From an uncultured delta proteobacterium (GTDB lineage: Bacteria > Desulfobacterota > Binatia > Binatales > Binataceae), in contig CAVRVY010000003.1 of the NCBI GenBank assembly GCA_963724765.1, forward strand, positions 1,248,001 through 1,312,000: DNA of 64,000 nucleotides, given 5' to 3'. Below are positions 39,693 through 49,095 of the stretch, in pieces. The number at the start of each line of letters is the position of its first letter. The stretch's first letter is position 1. The notes under the pieces were generated by a model, which was given only the letters and a program-made list of their open reading frames with translations, made no database searches and was not told the DNA's origin. A program made the translations under genes and the position numbers.

Positions 39693-41176
39693 GCGCCGTC
39701 GCCAAGAAGGGGCGCCGTTGGCGGCGCCGCGAAGCCTATTCGCCGGCGGAGCCAACAACGCAGGTGGAGCAGCGATGCCTGGAGGCGAACGACTCTACGG
39801 TGACCCGGCTTCCAGCGCGGTTTCTCCTCCGTGGTCAACCGTCTCGCGACCCCTCGTCGCAGATCGCGCGGCTCGCCGATCAGCTGGTAGACCTGAATCA
39901 GGATGCGCTCCGCCAACTCGATCTAATCGTGGAACCGCACTATCGGAACTCGACCATTGAACTGGACATTCACGCCGGGACGCGCATCGGAGCGATTCCG
40001 CTGATTTCTCCAACTAGCGGACGTCACGATTATGGATTGGTGGTTCGCCCTCGCTTCGACTGGCCCGGTATCGGCCCGATCCTCGGAGCAACAGGCTGGC
40101 GAGTGATTCCCGCGCCGCTGTCGATGCCGTTGTTACCGCGCTCCGAGCGCCGCGTGCCCCCGTGGGTGCTATCGACGATTGTGGTGTTTCGTCTGAAGAG
40201 ACTCCTCGATCAATTGGATCGGCGCTTCGAGATCACTAAAGAGGAGCGCTCATCCCCGCGGGGCACAATTGACTGGGGCCGGTATCTTCATCACCAAATC
40301 AGCCGCGCCCGGTTCCTCAAGGTCCCGTGCAGTTTTCCGGCACTGCAGAAGGATCGAGATTTGCGCGCCGCAATTCGTTTCGCTCTGGAGAAGCAATTGC
40401 GCTCGCTTGAGTCGCAGCGGCTCGCGGGCTTTTTTGTCCGCGAGCTAATCGAAATGTGTCGAGGTCTGATCGATCAAGTTCGAGACGTCAGTGCACGTGA
40501 ACCGCTGCCGACGACTTTTCAAGTCTGGCAACGAGGCACTCTGCGCACCGATGTATTTCATCGCGGCGTCGAGGCGATTGAATGGACCGCTGAAGAACGA
40601 GGGCTTGCGGGGACGAGCGACCTCCAAGGGTTACCTTGGGCGATGTCCATGGAGCAATTCTTCGAGGCTTGGGTGGAGACACTCATGTCGCATGTTGCCC
40701 GTCGAATCGGTGGTATAGTACGAAGCGGTCGTGAGCGTCAGACGGTGGTACCGCTCAATTGGGATCCTCCTTACCTGGGCTCTCAGAAGTCTCTGGTTCC
40801 GGATGTTGTGATCGAACGCGACGACGTCACGGTAATCGTCGACGCGAAATATAAAGAACACTGGGAGGAAATGCAGAGGCGGCGGTGGACCGATCTAGAA
40901 GAAGAGCTGCGCGAACGTCACCGTGCAGATCTTCTGCAGGTGCTCGCCTATTCGACAGTTGCGCAGAAGCCTAAAGTTCTGGTGTGTCTGGCTTATCCGT
41001 GTAGCGAAGAGCGCTGGCTATCGCTTCAGACTCGCAATCTCCTGCTCCATAGAGCGTCGCTGCCTCTGACACAGAGACGCGTTGACTTGGTTCTGGTCGC
41101 TTTTCCACTTTCGACGCGGCTCATAAGCCAAGCTGTTACGTTGATGGCGGAAGAGATCCGTCGTGTGACAGCCTAG
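39689..41176 (+). CDS. mcrC: McrC-family PD-(D/E)XK nuclease subunit
   Basis: GTGA overlap with mcrB; MEQFFEAWV, LVPDVVI, IVDAKYK, DLLQVLAY. Confidence 0.88.
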   Translation: MSAVAKKGRRWRRREAYSPAEPTTQVEQRCLEANDSTVTRLPARFLLRGQPSRDPSSQIARLADQLVDLNQDALRQLDLIVEPHYRNSTIELDIHAGTRIGAIPLISPTSGRHDYGLVVRPRFDWPGIGPILGATGWRVIPAPLSMPLLPRSERRVPPWVLSTIVVFRLKRLLDQLDRRFEITKEERSSPRGTIDWGRYLHHQISRARFLKVPCSFPALQKDRDLRAAIRFALEKQLRSLESQRLAGFFVRELIEMCRGLIDQVRDVSAREPLPTTFQVWQRGTLRTDVFHRGVEAIEWTAEERGLAGTSDLQGLPWAMSMEQFFEAWVETLMSHVARRIGGIVRSGRERQTVVPLNWDPPYLGSQKSLVPDVVIERDDVTVIVDAKYKEHWEEMQRRRWTDLEEELRERHRADLLQVLAYSTVAQKPKVLVCLAYPCSEERWLSLQTRNLLLHRASLPLTQRRVDLVLVAFPLSTRLISQAVTLMAEEIRRVTA

Positions 41177-41259
41177 GGACTGCATTTATTTGTTCGGCGG
41201 GCTACGCATACCGTGATTGATGTTAGCCGCACTATCGCGTCGTCACCGCTCCAGATATG

Positions 41260-41463
41260 TCATTTGCTGCGATCGACACCTTTGAGTGCGGCTTTGATAC
41301 CGTCAGGGCCGATCTTCTCTATAACGGCCTCGATATGGTTAATCCACTCGGCGTCCTGGCCAGGTTCATCTTCTGGCCCGTACTTGCCCTGCCTCAAGGC
41401 CAGAGACTTCGTTTCCAGCGCGTAGTAGATCTCGGACCAATCTTCTCGTGTCAGACTGATCAT
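41260..41463 (-). CDS. Small hypothetical protein
   Basis: MISLTREDWSEIYYALETK...; purine-rich AGGAG/GGAAGG upstream; alternative start 41475. Confidence 0.55.
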   Translation of the reverse strand: MISLTREDWSEIYYALETKSLALRQGKYGPEDEPGQDAEWINHIEAVIEKIGPDGIKAALKGVDRSK

Positions 41464-41659
41464 GCGGCCTTCCATTCTCCTGTCTTATCGGACTGAGTCA
41501 TCGTCCGATTCGCAGCGCGCACAGTAGGCAGATAGAGCACTCACCTGCTTGCACGTCGGCGGAATCCTAACAGACTGGGTAACTTACGTATATTCTTCCG
41601 CCGGTTAGAGCCCCACCCCGCGCCGGGTGAGGTCGGTGCCAGCGCCGCGGCGCTCTCGT

Positions 41660-44600
41660 TCACCAGGAATCGACGTGCGGGCGCTTTTTGCCCGTCCGCG
41701 GCGAGGGCGGGGGCGCCGAGCGCAGCCCCGTCAAAATCCAGCGGCGCGATTCGACTGGATCGATCACGTCGTCGAGCTCGAAATGCGAGGCGCTGTTGAG
41801 CGCCTTGCCCTGCTGGTACATCCGCGCCACCATCTCTTCGAACAGCTTCTTGCGCGCGGCCGGGTCGTTGACCGCCTCCAGCTCCTTGCGATAGCCGAGC
41901 TTGGCCGCGCCCTCTAATCCCATCCCGCCGAACTCGCCGGTCGGCCATGAGACCGTGAACATCGGGATCTTGAAGCTCCCCCCGGCCATCGCTTGCGCGC
42001 CGAGGCCGTAGCCCTTGCGCAGGACGATGGTGAAGAACGGCACACTGATGTTGGCGCCCACGATGAACATCCGGGCGGCATGGCGCACCAGTGCGGTCTT
42101 CTCGATCTCCGGCCCCACCATGATGCCGGGTGTGTCGCACAGGAAGAGCAGTGGCAGGTCGAACGCGTCGCACAGTTGCATGAAGCGAGCGGCCTTGTCG
42201 GCGCCGTCGCTGTCGATCGCGCCCGCCAGATGCGTCGGGTTGTTGGCGATCACGCCGAGCGGGCGCCCCTCGATCCTGATAAGCGCCGTCACCATCCCCA
42301 AGCCGAAGTGGCGGCGCAATTCGAGCACCGAGCCGGTGTCGGCGAGCGTCTCGATCACCGCGCGGACGTCGTAGATGCGCAGGCGATTCTCCGGGATGAT
42401 TCCGCGCAGCAGGCGCTGGTCGGCACATTCCCATCGGCCGACCGGGCCCTGGAAATACGAGAGATATTTTTTCGCGACGCGTACCGCTTCGGCCTCGTCG
42501 GCGACCGGAAGGTCGACCACGCCGTTGGCTACCTGCACGCTCATCGGCCCGATGTCCTCGGGGCGGAAGATGCCCAGGCCGCCGCCCTCGACCATCGCCG
42601 GACCGCCCATGCCGATGTTCGAGTTGGCGGTGGCGATGACCACGTCGCAGCATCCGAGCAGCGCCGCGTTGCCCGCGAAGCATCGGCCCGAGTTGATCCC
42701 GACCATCGGCACCAAGCCGCTCAGCTTGCCCCAGTAATGGAACGCCGGAACGTCGAGACCGGAGAGCCACAGCCCGTCGGTGTCGCCGGGGCGTCCGCCG
42801 CCGCCCTCGGTGAAGAACACCACGGGCAGGCGCAGCTGCGCGGCGATCTCGAACATGCGGTCCTTCTTACGATGGTTCTGCTGGCCCTGGGTGCCGGCGA
42901 GCACGGTGTAGTCGTAGGACATCGCGATGCACTGGGCGCGCGAGTCGTCGAACAGATCGCCGTTGACCCGGCCGATTCCGGCGACCAGTCCGTCGGCCGG
43001 CGTGTTTTTCATCAGGTCGTCAAGCGCGCGCCGCCGCCGCTGCGCCGCAAGCACCAGCGCGCCGTACTCGACGAAGGTTCCCGGGTCGCAAAGGTCCTCG
43101 ACGTTCTCGCGCGCGGTGCGCTGATGGGTTTTGCGCCGGCGCGCGACGGCCTCGGGCCGCGCGGCGTCGAGTCCGCTCGCGTGGCGCTCATACACCTCCG
43201 CGAGGTCGGGGCGGATGCGGTCGAGGTCGACCTTTTCGGCCTCGGCGGCCTCGACCGTTTCGACTTCGGCCTCTTCGATGAAAGCGAGCGGATGGCCCTC
43301 GAAGATCGCGTCGCGCTCGGCGACCGCGATTTGCCGCACGATGCCGCTCGTATGCGCGCGGATGACGTGCTCCATCTTCATCGCTTCCATCACGAATAGC
43401 TGCTGGCCCTCGCGCACCAGTTCGCCCTCGCGCACGTCGATCGAGACGATCGTTCCCTGCATCGGCGCGGCGACCGCGACCGTGTTTTCCGGGCCGGTGA
43501 TTTCGTGATGCGCAGCAGTATCGGTCTCGGTCGTCGCCGGCGTCGACGCCGGGGTCGAATTGACCGCGCTCTTGCCGTGGCTCAGCACCGCCAGCGGATC
43601 GATCGAATCGATTTTGGCCCCGGCTAATTGCCTCGTGCCGGGCGTGCGCTTGTTCTCGGCACGACGCGACGGCTTGGCCGCGCCGCCCGCCTCGGCGAAA
43701 AAGAGCTGGCGATGAGTGGAATTCGCGCCGGCGACCAACTCGGCGATATGCTCTTCGACGAAACGGGTGTAGAGCCGGTTCGCGGCGAAATCGGGATGCT
43801 GCAGCAGGCTCTGCAGAAATCCGATGTTGGTGGCGACGCCCTCGATCCGGAACTCGCTGAGCGCGCGATAGGCCCGCGTCACGGCCGCAGCGAAGTCCGC
43901 CGACGGCGAGTACGCGATGAGTTTGGCCAGCAACGAATCGAAGTTCGGATTGGTCGTGTAGCCGGCATAGGCGAACGAATCCACGCGCACGCCGGGCCCC
44001 GACGGCGCCTCGAATGCGGTCAGAGTCCCGCCCGAGGGCTTGGCAGTGCCTTCCGCGCCCATCGACTCCATGTTGATGCGCATCTGGATCGCGAAGCCGC
44101 GCGGCTTGGGGATATCGGCCTGGCGCACGCCAAGCTCGGTGAGCGTGCTTGCGCCCGCCAACTGCAATTGCAGTTTGACCAGGTCGATGCCGGTCACTTC
44201 CTCGGTCACAGTGTGCTCGACCTGAAGGCGGGGGTTGGCCTCGATGAAGGCGAACTCGGCGTCGTCGTGCCGCGCATCGGCGTCGAGCAGGAACTCGAAC
44301 GTGCCGAGGCTGTCGTAGCGGACCGCTTCGGCCATCTGCACGGCCGCCGCAGTGAGGCGGATGCGCAGGCGCTCGGGCAGGCCGGGGCTGGGCGCGATCT
44401 CGACGAGCTTCTGATTGCGCCGCTGGATGGTGCATTCGCGCTCCCAAAGTTGGCAGACGCTGCCGGAGCCATCGCCAGCGATTTGCACCTCCAGATGGCG
44501 CGCACGCGGCATCAGCCGTTCGACGTAAACGTCGGCGTTGCCGAAGGCCGTCCGCGCTTCGGACTGGCATCGCCGGTACGCCTCGTCCAGTTCGTCGACA

Positions 44601-45121
44601 CGATACACCGCGCGCATCCCGCGGCCGCCGCCGCCGGCGACCGCCTTGACCATCATCGCGCCGCCCTCGCCCAGCGACGCCAGAAATTCCCTGGCCTCGC
44701 TAAGACTGGTCGCACTCGCGGTGCCGAGCAGCAATGGCACTCCGACGCGCTCCGCCAACGCCCTGGCGCGCACCTTGTCGCCGAACAACTCCAGCACCTC
44801 CGGCCGCGGGCCAACGAACTTGATCCCTTCCTCGGCCGCGCGGCGGGCGAAGCCGGCGTTTTCGCTGAGGAAGCCGTAGCCGGGATGGATAGCGTCGCAT
44901 CCGGCCCCTTTCGCGATCGCCACGATTTGTTCGACGTCGAGATAGGCGGCGGCGCCGGCGCCGGCGAGCGCACGGGCCTCGTCGGCCTTGCGGGTATGGA
45001 GTGAGCGGGCGTCGTCCTCGGAAAAGACGGCCACCGTGCGGATACCAAGCTCGGCGGCGGCGCGCATGATGCGGATGGCGATCTCGCCTCGGTTGGCGAT
45101 CAGAAGACTGCGGGAAAGCAT
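41660..45121 (-). CDS. Single-chain acyl-CoA carboxylase (biotin carboxylase-BCCP-carboxyltransferase)
   Basis: LIANRGEIA, IHPGYGFLSEN, RLQVEHTVTE, EAMKM biotinyl site, DYTVLAGTQG, EGGGGRPGD, DTPG. Confidence 0.94.
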   Translation of the reverse strand: MLSRSLLIANRGEIAIRIMRAAAELGIRTVAVFSEDDARSLHTRKADEARALAGAGAAAYLDVEQIVAIAKGAGCDAIHPGYGFLSENAGFARRAAEEGIKFVGPRPEVLELFGDKVRARALAERVGVPLLLGTASATSLSEAREFLASLGEGGAMMVKAVAGGGGRGMRAVYRVDELDEAYRRCQSEARTAFGNADVYVERLMPRARHLEVQIAGDGSGSVCQLWERECTIQRRNQKLVEIAPSPGLPERLRIRLTAAAVQMAEAVRYDSLGTFEFLLDADARHDDAEFAFIEANPRLQVEHTVTEEVTGIDLVKLQLQLAGASTLTELGVRQADIPKPRGFAIQMRINMESMGAEGTAKPSGGTLTAFEAPSGPGVRVDSFAYAGYTTNPNFDSLLAKLIAYSPSADFAAAVTRAYRALSEFRIEGVATNIGFLQSLLQHPDFAANRLYTRFVEEHIAELVAGANSTHRQLFFAEAGGAAKPSRRAENKRTPGTRQLAGAKIDSIDPLAVLSHGKSAVNSTPASTPATTETDTAAHHEITGPENTVAVAAPMQGTIVSIDVREGELVREGQQLFVMEAMKMEHVIRAHTSGIVRQIAVAERDAIFEGHPLAFIEEAEVETVEAAEAEKVDLDRIRPDLAEVYERHASGLDAARPEAVARRRKTHQRTARENVEDLCDPGTFVEYGALVLAAQRRRRALDDLMKNTPADGLVAGIGRVNGDLFDDSRAQCIAMSYDYTVLAGTQGQQNHRKKDRMFEIAAQLRLPVVFFTEGGGGRPGDTDGLWLSGLDVPAFHYWGKLSGLVPMVGINSGRCFAGNAALLGCCDVVIATANSNIGMGGPAMVEGGGLGIFRPEDIGPMSVQVANGVVDLPVADEAEAVRVAKKYLSYFQGPVGRWECADQRLLRGIIPENRLRIYDVRAVIETLADTGSVLELRRHFGLGMVTALIRIEGRPLGVIANNPTHLAGAIDSDGADKAARFMQLCDAFDLPLLFLCDTPGIMVGPEIEKTALVRHAARMFIVGANISVPFFTIVLRKGYGLGAQAMAGGSFKIPMFTVSWPTGEFGGMGLEGAAKLGYRKELEAVNDPAARKKLFEEMVARMYQQGKALNSASHFELDDVIDPVESRRWILTGLRSAPPPSPRTGKKRPHVDSW

Positions 45122-45275
45122 GAGATCCGATGCGACTCCTCTTGCGCGCAATCTCTCGGTTAAATCATCGAATCCTCGCGTGATCCAGCACGCAAAACGA
45201 GCGGCCAACCGGGAAAACGCCCGAGAGCCGATCCTTCGTCCGATGTGGTAGCCTGCTCCGCGGGAGGAAAGTCCA

Positions 45276-45791
45276 ATGGATGCGCGATCACCCCTTCAAT
45301 ATCTCGGCGGCAGCCTGCAGCAGGTCGCGTTTGTGGTCAAGGACCTGACAGCGGGGATGGAGTTTTTCAAGCGCACGATGGGAGTTCCGCGTTTCTATGT
45401 GATCGAGGACTTCGGCCTGCACGCTCGCGACAAGACCTTCCGCGGCCGCCCGGCGGAGCAAAATTTCAAGCTCGCGCTCGCCTATTCCGGCGACACTCAA
45501 ATCGAGCTCATTCAGCACCTCTCCGGCGACACCTGCTACAAGGAACATCTGGAACGCAGGGGCGAGGGCCTCCACCATCTCGGATTTTTCCTTTACGACC
45601 CCCAGGCATATCAGCGCGCGCTGGACTCGCTCAACACCGCCGGCTATTCGCCTCTGATGAGCGGGCGGTTCGGCACCACACGCTACACCTATTTCGATAC
45701 CGAGGCGGCGATCGGTTCGATAATGGAGATCGTCTACCTCGATTCGGGCGGCAGGGATTTCATGGCAAAAATAAAAAGCGGTGATTTCTAG
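45276..45791 (+). CDS. VOC family protein (methylmalonyl-CoA epimerase-like)
   Basis: QVAFVVKD, QIELIQ, GEGLHHLGF, YFDT...IMEI; GGAGG RBS. Confidence 0.88.
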   Translation: MDARSPLQYLGGSLQQVAFVVKDLTAGMEFFKRTMGVPRFYVIEDFGLHARDKTFRGRPAEQNFKLALAYSGDTQIELIQHLSGDTCYKEHLERRGEGLHHLGFFLYDPQAYQRALDSLNTAGYSPLMSGRFGTTRYTYFDTEAAIGSIMEIVYLDSGGRDFMAKIKSGDF

Positions 45792-46044
45792 CGCCTATCC
45801 GAAGGCGAGGAGCGAGGTAGTATCTCAATAGGACACCATCTGGAGCGCAAAAGCATGGACTTCGCTTCCTGAGCCGTGTACCCTGAGAATCACCGGTCAG
45901 AACGCCTTTCAGTTAACCTTCTTCGCCCGTGTGGTTTCTTGTTCGCGCGCTCTCCGGCCAACTGCCAAGGGAGAGCAGCGCCATGTTCACTGTACGCGAA
46001 TTGTCCACTATGGCGATTTCCGCCGCACCTTCCGGGCCAATTAG

Positions 46045-46962
46045 TTGAATAGCACAGGGGCCCTCCAGGGTCCGGTGGACCGGCCGTGGGAGTGGCCGTG
46101 GTGGCGCGCGCGCAACGAAGACTCGCTCGTGCTGCCGTGGTTCGTCTTGATTCACGTCACCGCGCTGGCCGGCTTGATCCTGTTTCCACTGCCCGGCTGG
46201 CGAGTTCTCTTGGGTTCGTTTTGCCTGGTATGGCTGGGCGGGATGGCCACCACGGTCTGCTATCATCGCGCGCTCGCGCATCGCGCCCTGCGGCTCAATC
46301 CGTGGCTGACATCGATATTGATTTTCTTCGCGGTATTTAATGGCTCCGGGACACCATTGAGCTGGGCGGCCGGCCATCGGCGCCATCACGCTTTCGCCGA
46401 TACCGAGAACGATATTTCGAGCCCCGTTAACGGCTTCTGGTGGGCGCACATGCGATGGCTGTGGCAGTGCGGCGAGCCGTCGGTCGGGCGCTTCTGTCCC
46501 GAGCTTGACCGCCCAATGTACCGATTCTGGTGGTACGTGCAGGGACCGATCCTGGCGGTGTCATATTTCTCTGGTTTGTATTTCGGCGCCTGCGCCTTTT
46601 TCTGGATGGGAGCGATTCGGCTGGTTTTCGCGCTCCACGCGCAATGTTTCGTCAACAGCGTCTGCCATACTGAACCCGGCATTTCGCCTGGTGAAGATTC
46701 CAGCCGCAACGTTACTTGGCTTGCGCTGATGCAGTTTTGCCAAGGCGAGAACTGGCATCGCAACCATCACGCGCGGCCAGGTATCGCGCGGCTGGGATGG
46801 AGCTGGCGGCAGCCCGACGTAGGCTACCTGGCGATTTGCCTGCTGGAGAAGATCGGCCTCGCAACCGACGTCCGGCACATACGCCAGGATAGTACCCGGG
46901 ATAATCCGCAAAGTATTCCGCAACATAGTCCGCAAAGTAGTCCGATAGCCGAATCCGCCTGA
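46045..46962 (+). CDS. Membrane fatty-acid desaturase (delta-9-like)
   Basis: His boxes HRALAH, HRRHH, GENWHRNHH, plus NSVCH; start uncertain. Confidence 0.9.
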   Translation: MNSTGALQGPVDRPWEWPWWRARNEDSLVLPWFVLIHVTALAGLILFPLPGWRVLLGSFCLVWLGGMATTVCYHRALAHRALRLNPWLTSILIFFAVFNGSGTPLSWAAGHRRHHAFADTENDISSPVNGFWWAHMRWLWQCGEPSVGRFCPELDRPMYRFWWYVQGPILAVSYFSGLYFGACAFFWMGAIRLVFALHAQCFVNSVCHTEPGISPGEDSSRNVTWLALMQFCQGENWHRNHHARPGIARLGWSWRQPDVGYLAICLLEKIGLATDVRHIRQDSTRDNPQSIPQHSPQSSPIAESA

Positions 46963-47050
46963 CGCGATTTTTGTCAAGCCGCCTGCGAATACTTCACTAT
47001 GCCGGCCACGCGCGTAATCGAAGCGGCACAGGCGCTAGCGCAAGGGACGG

Positions 47051-49057
47051 TCACCAGCGCATGGTTGGTTGAGGAGGGCCGGGGGGACCGATGAGCACGG
47101 CGGGTCTCCAGGTCTTCGGATCTTCCATCGTCTTCGCCGGCGGAGCGCCGCCAAGCGACATCCAGCGCGAACGATAAAATGCGGTAGCCGCCAGTTCGAC
47201 TCGCAGATGTCTATCGACCGGCGGCCCTGACACGCCGAGAGCTTCCCATGGAAGCGTGACCTGGGCGGTGACCCGTGGCCGATCGCTGATCTGATACACC
47301 GCGGTCGCCGATGGGACGGCGGTGCAAGTGTCATGATCCATGCGGCAGACTTCGATTTGCATCGTCACGCCGCTCTTTCTTCGAAACACTTTCGGCGGGA
47401 TGACAAAAAAAGCAAAGCGCCGCGCTCCCGCCCCCGCATCCACGCCGAAGTCGATCCGAAACGCTTCGCTGCGCGGAAATCCACCGTCATACGCAAGCAG
47501 ATGCGCATCGTAGTGATCCATGCTGATGGTGGCGACGTGCAGCCCCTGCCGGCTCCACGCCAGAAACAGATCTCCGAAAACAACTTCCGGCGAAGGCGCG
47601 GAAAGGCCCCTCACTAGCGCCTGATCCTTCGGCCAGCGCGCCAGCGAGATGGAGCCGGTATCGAGGTCAGCCTGGGGAATCTGAATCCGGGCATCTTCCT
47701 TTGCTGGCGTCGGTGGAGCCGCGCTTTGGTGGATGCCGACAAGGCTGCGGTTTGCCGCGGTCAAGGCGGCAACCAGTTCTTCATATGGCCGCCCGCTGGT
47801 GTCGACCAGGCCGAAGTCGTAGTTCTCGTGGTCTCCCGTGCGGCCGCCCTTGGGCTCATCGTAGTACTGGAACCAGTGAAGTCCGATGACCCCGGGCTCG
47901 AGCGCGAAGTTCCGCGCCGCATTGGCCGCGCCACGGGCGCGGTCCGCCTGCGTCGGCACGGTCATCAGGTAGCCATTGTTCAGATTCCCGGAACGGTTTT
48001 CCTGGGCGGCGAAATACCATTCGGAAACCAGCACGGGCTTGTTACCGGTCAACTGGCGCAGGCCCTCGAAATAGTAATGCGCAATCCATCCGTCCGGGCT
48101 GTCCACGTTGTAGTTAGTGGCGACAGCGTCGACGAAAGGTGTCATTGCCCGAACGGCATCCGGGTCGTAGTAGCTGGGAAGACGGTCGCCGAAAATGAGC
48201 GCCGTGGGATCCGCCGCGCGCAGTGCGCGATGGACGAGTTCGTAGTAACGGCGCGTCACGGCGGCGGTCCACTCTCGAACCATCTTGATCCCGTTTCCTC
48301 CCGGACGCAGCTGGGCGTGTGCGTCTGCGCTTTGGAGGAGTTCCTGAAAAGAGGAAACCCCGGCTGACACGGCAAAGTCGTCGGTGAACCGATGCCAATC
48401 GCCGCCGTAATGACGGCGGATGAGATCAACCAGGACTTGCTTCGTGTGGTTCGTTCCGCTCCGTTTGAGATAGTAACTGAACAGCGCACCGTTCCACCAT
48501 CCGACTTCGTTGTCGGAGAAATATCCTATACGGTAGGCATTCGCCTTGTAGGGAATGACCGCCTCTTTGGTCTGGGTCATCATCCGTTCTTCGACAGCCG
48601 GATCAAAAGGATCGGCCCAAAGAAACCGCGCTCTCCAACCGAGATCGAGGTCGGGAACGCTGGGGAGCGGCAGGTTCGGGGAGCTGAAGGAACTGGCGGT
48701 ATTGAATCCCCAGGCACTGATTTGCGCGGCCGTGCGGCGCGCCCACGCATCCGGGGCCTGGTATGGCGGGAGCCAGGCGTTTTTCTCACGGCTCCAGCTT
48801 AGCGGCGGAGTTAACTTGTCGGTAAGGCTGTTGACGCCGATGGAAAAAAATCGCTCGCCGCACGGATTCAGCAGCCAGGATACGCCATCGTGTGACTGAA
48901 GTTTCCATTGGCTCACGGAAGCTGAGCGCGGGGCGCAAGCCGCGCCGGCCAAGCGCGGCAGTATCGACAGAAAAACCATGACGGCGATCGCTATCGGGCG
49001 GCTGCGTCGAGAGCGTATCGTCGCCGCGCGATCGGCGAGAGGACTTGCATTAGACAT
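47051..49057 (-). CDS. Secreted glycoside hydrolase, beta-agarase/GH50-like clan A barrel with C-terminal accessory domain
   Basis: Signal peptide; FFSIGVN, WGFNT, GYFSDNE (acid/base), PVLVSEW (nucleophile), GLHWFQYYDEP, ENYDFGLVD. Confidence 0.75.
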   Translation of the reverse strand: MSNASPLADRAATIRSRRSRPIAIAVMVFLSILPRLAGAACAPRSASVSQWKLQSHDGVSWLLNPCGERFFSIGVNSLTDKLTPPLSWSREKNAWLPPYQAPDAWARRTAAQISAWGFNTASSFSSPNLPLPSVPDLDLGWRARFLWADPFDPAVEERMMTQTKEAVIPYKANAYRIGYFSDNEVGWWNGALFSYYLKRSGTNHTKQVLVDLIRRHYGGDWHRFTDDFAVSAGVSSFQELLQSADAHAQLRPGGNGIKMVREWTAAVTRRYYELVHRALRAADPTALIFGDRLPSYYDPDAVRAMTPFVDAVATNYNVDSPDGWIAHYYFEGLRQLTGNKPVLVSEWYFAAQENRSGNLNNGYLMTVPTQADRARGAANAARNFALEPGVIGLHWFQYYDEPKGGRTGDHENYDFGLVDTSGRPYEELVAALTAANRSLVGIHQSAAPPTPAKEDARIQIPQADLDTGSISLARWPKDQALVRGLSAPSPEVVFGDLFLAWSRQGLHVATISMDHYDAHLLAYDGGFPRSEAFRIDFGVDAGAGARRFAFFVIPPKVFRRKSGVTMQIEVCRMDHDTCTAVPSATAVYQISDRPRVTAQVTLPWEALGVSGPPVDRHLRVELAATAFYRSRWMSLGGAPPAKTMEDPKTWRPAVLIGPPGPPQPTMRW

Positions 49058-49095
49058 ATCGCAATTCCAGAAAAGCGCGGGCTGAACCGCGGGTG

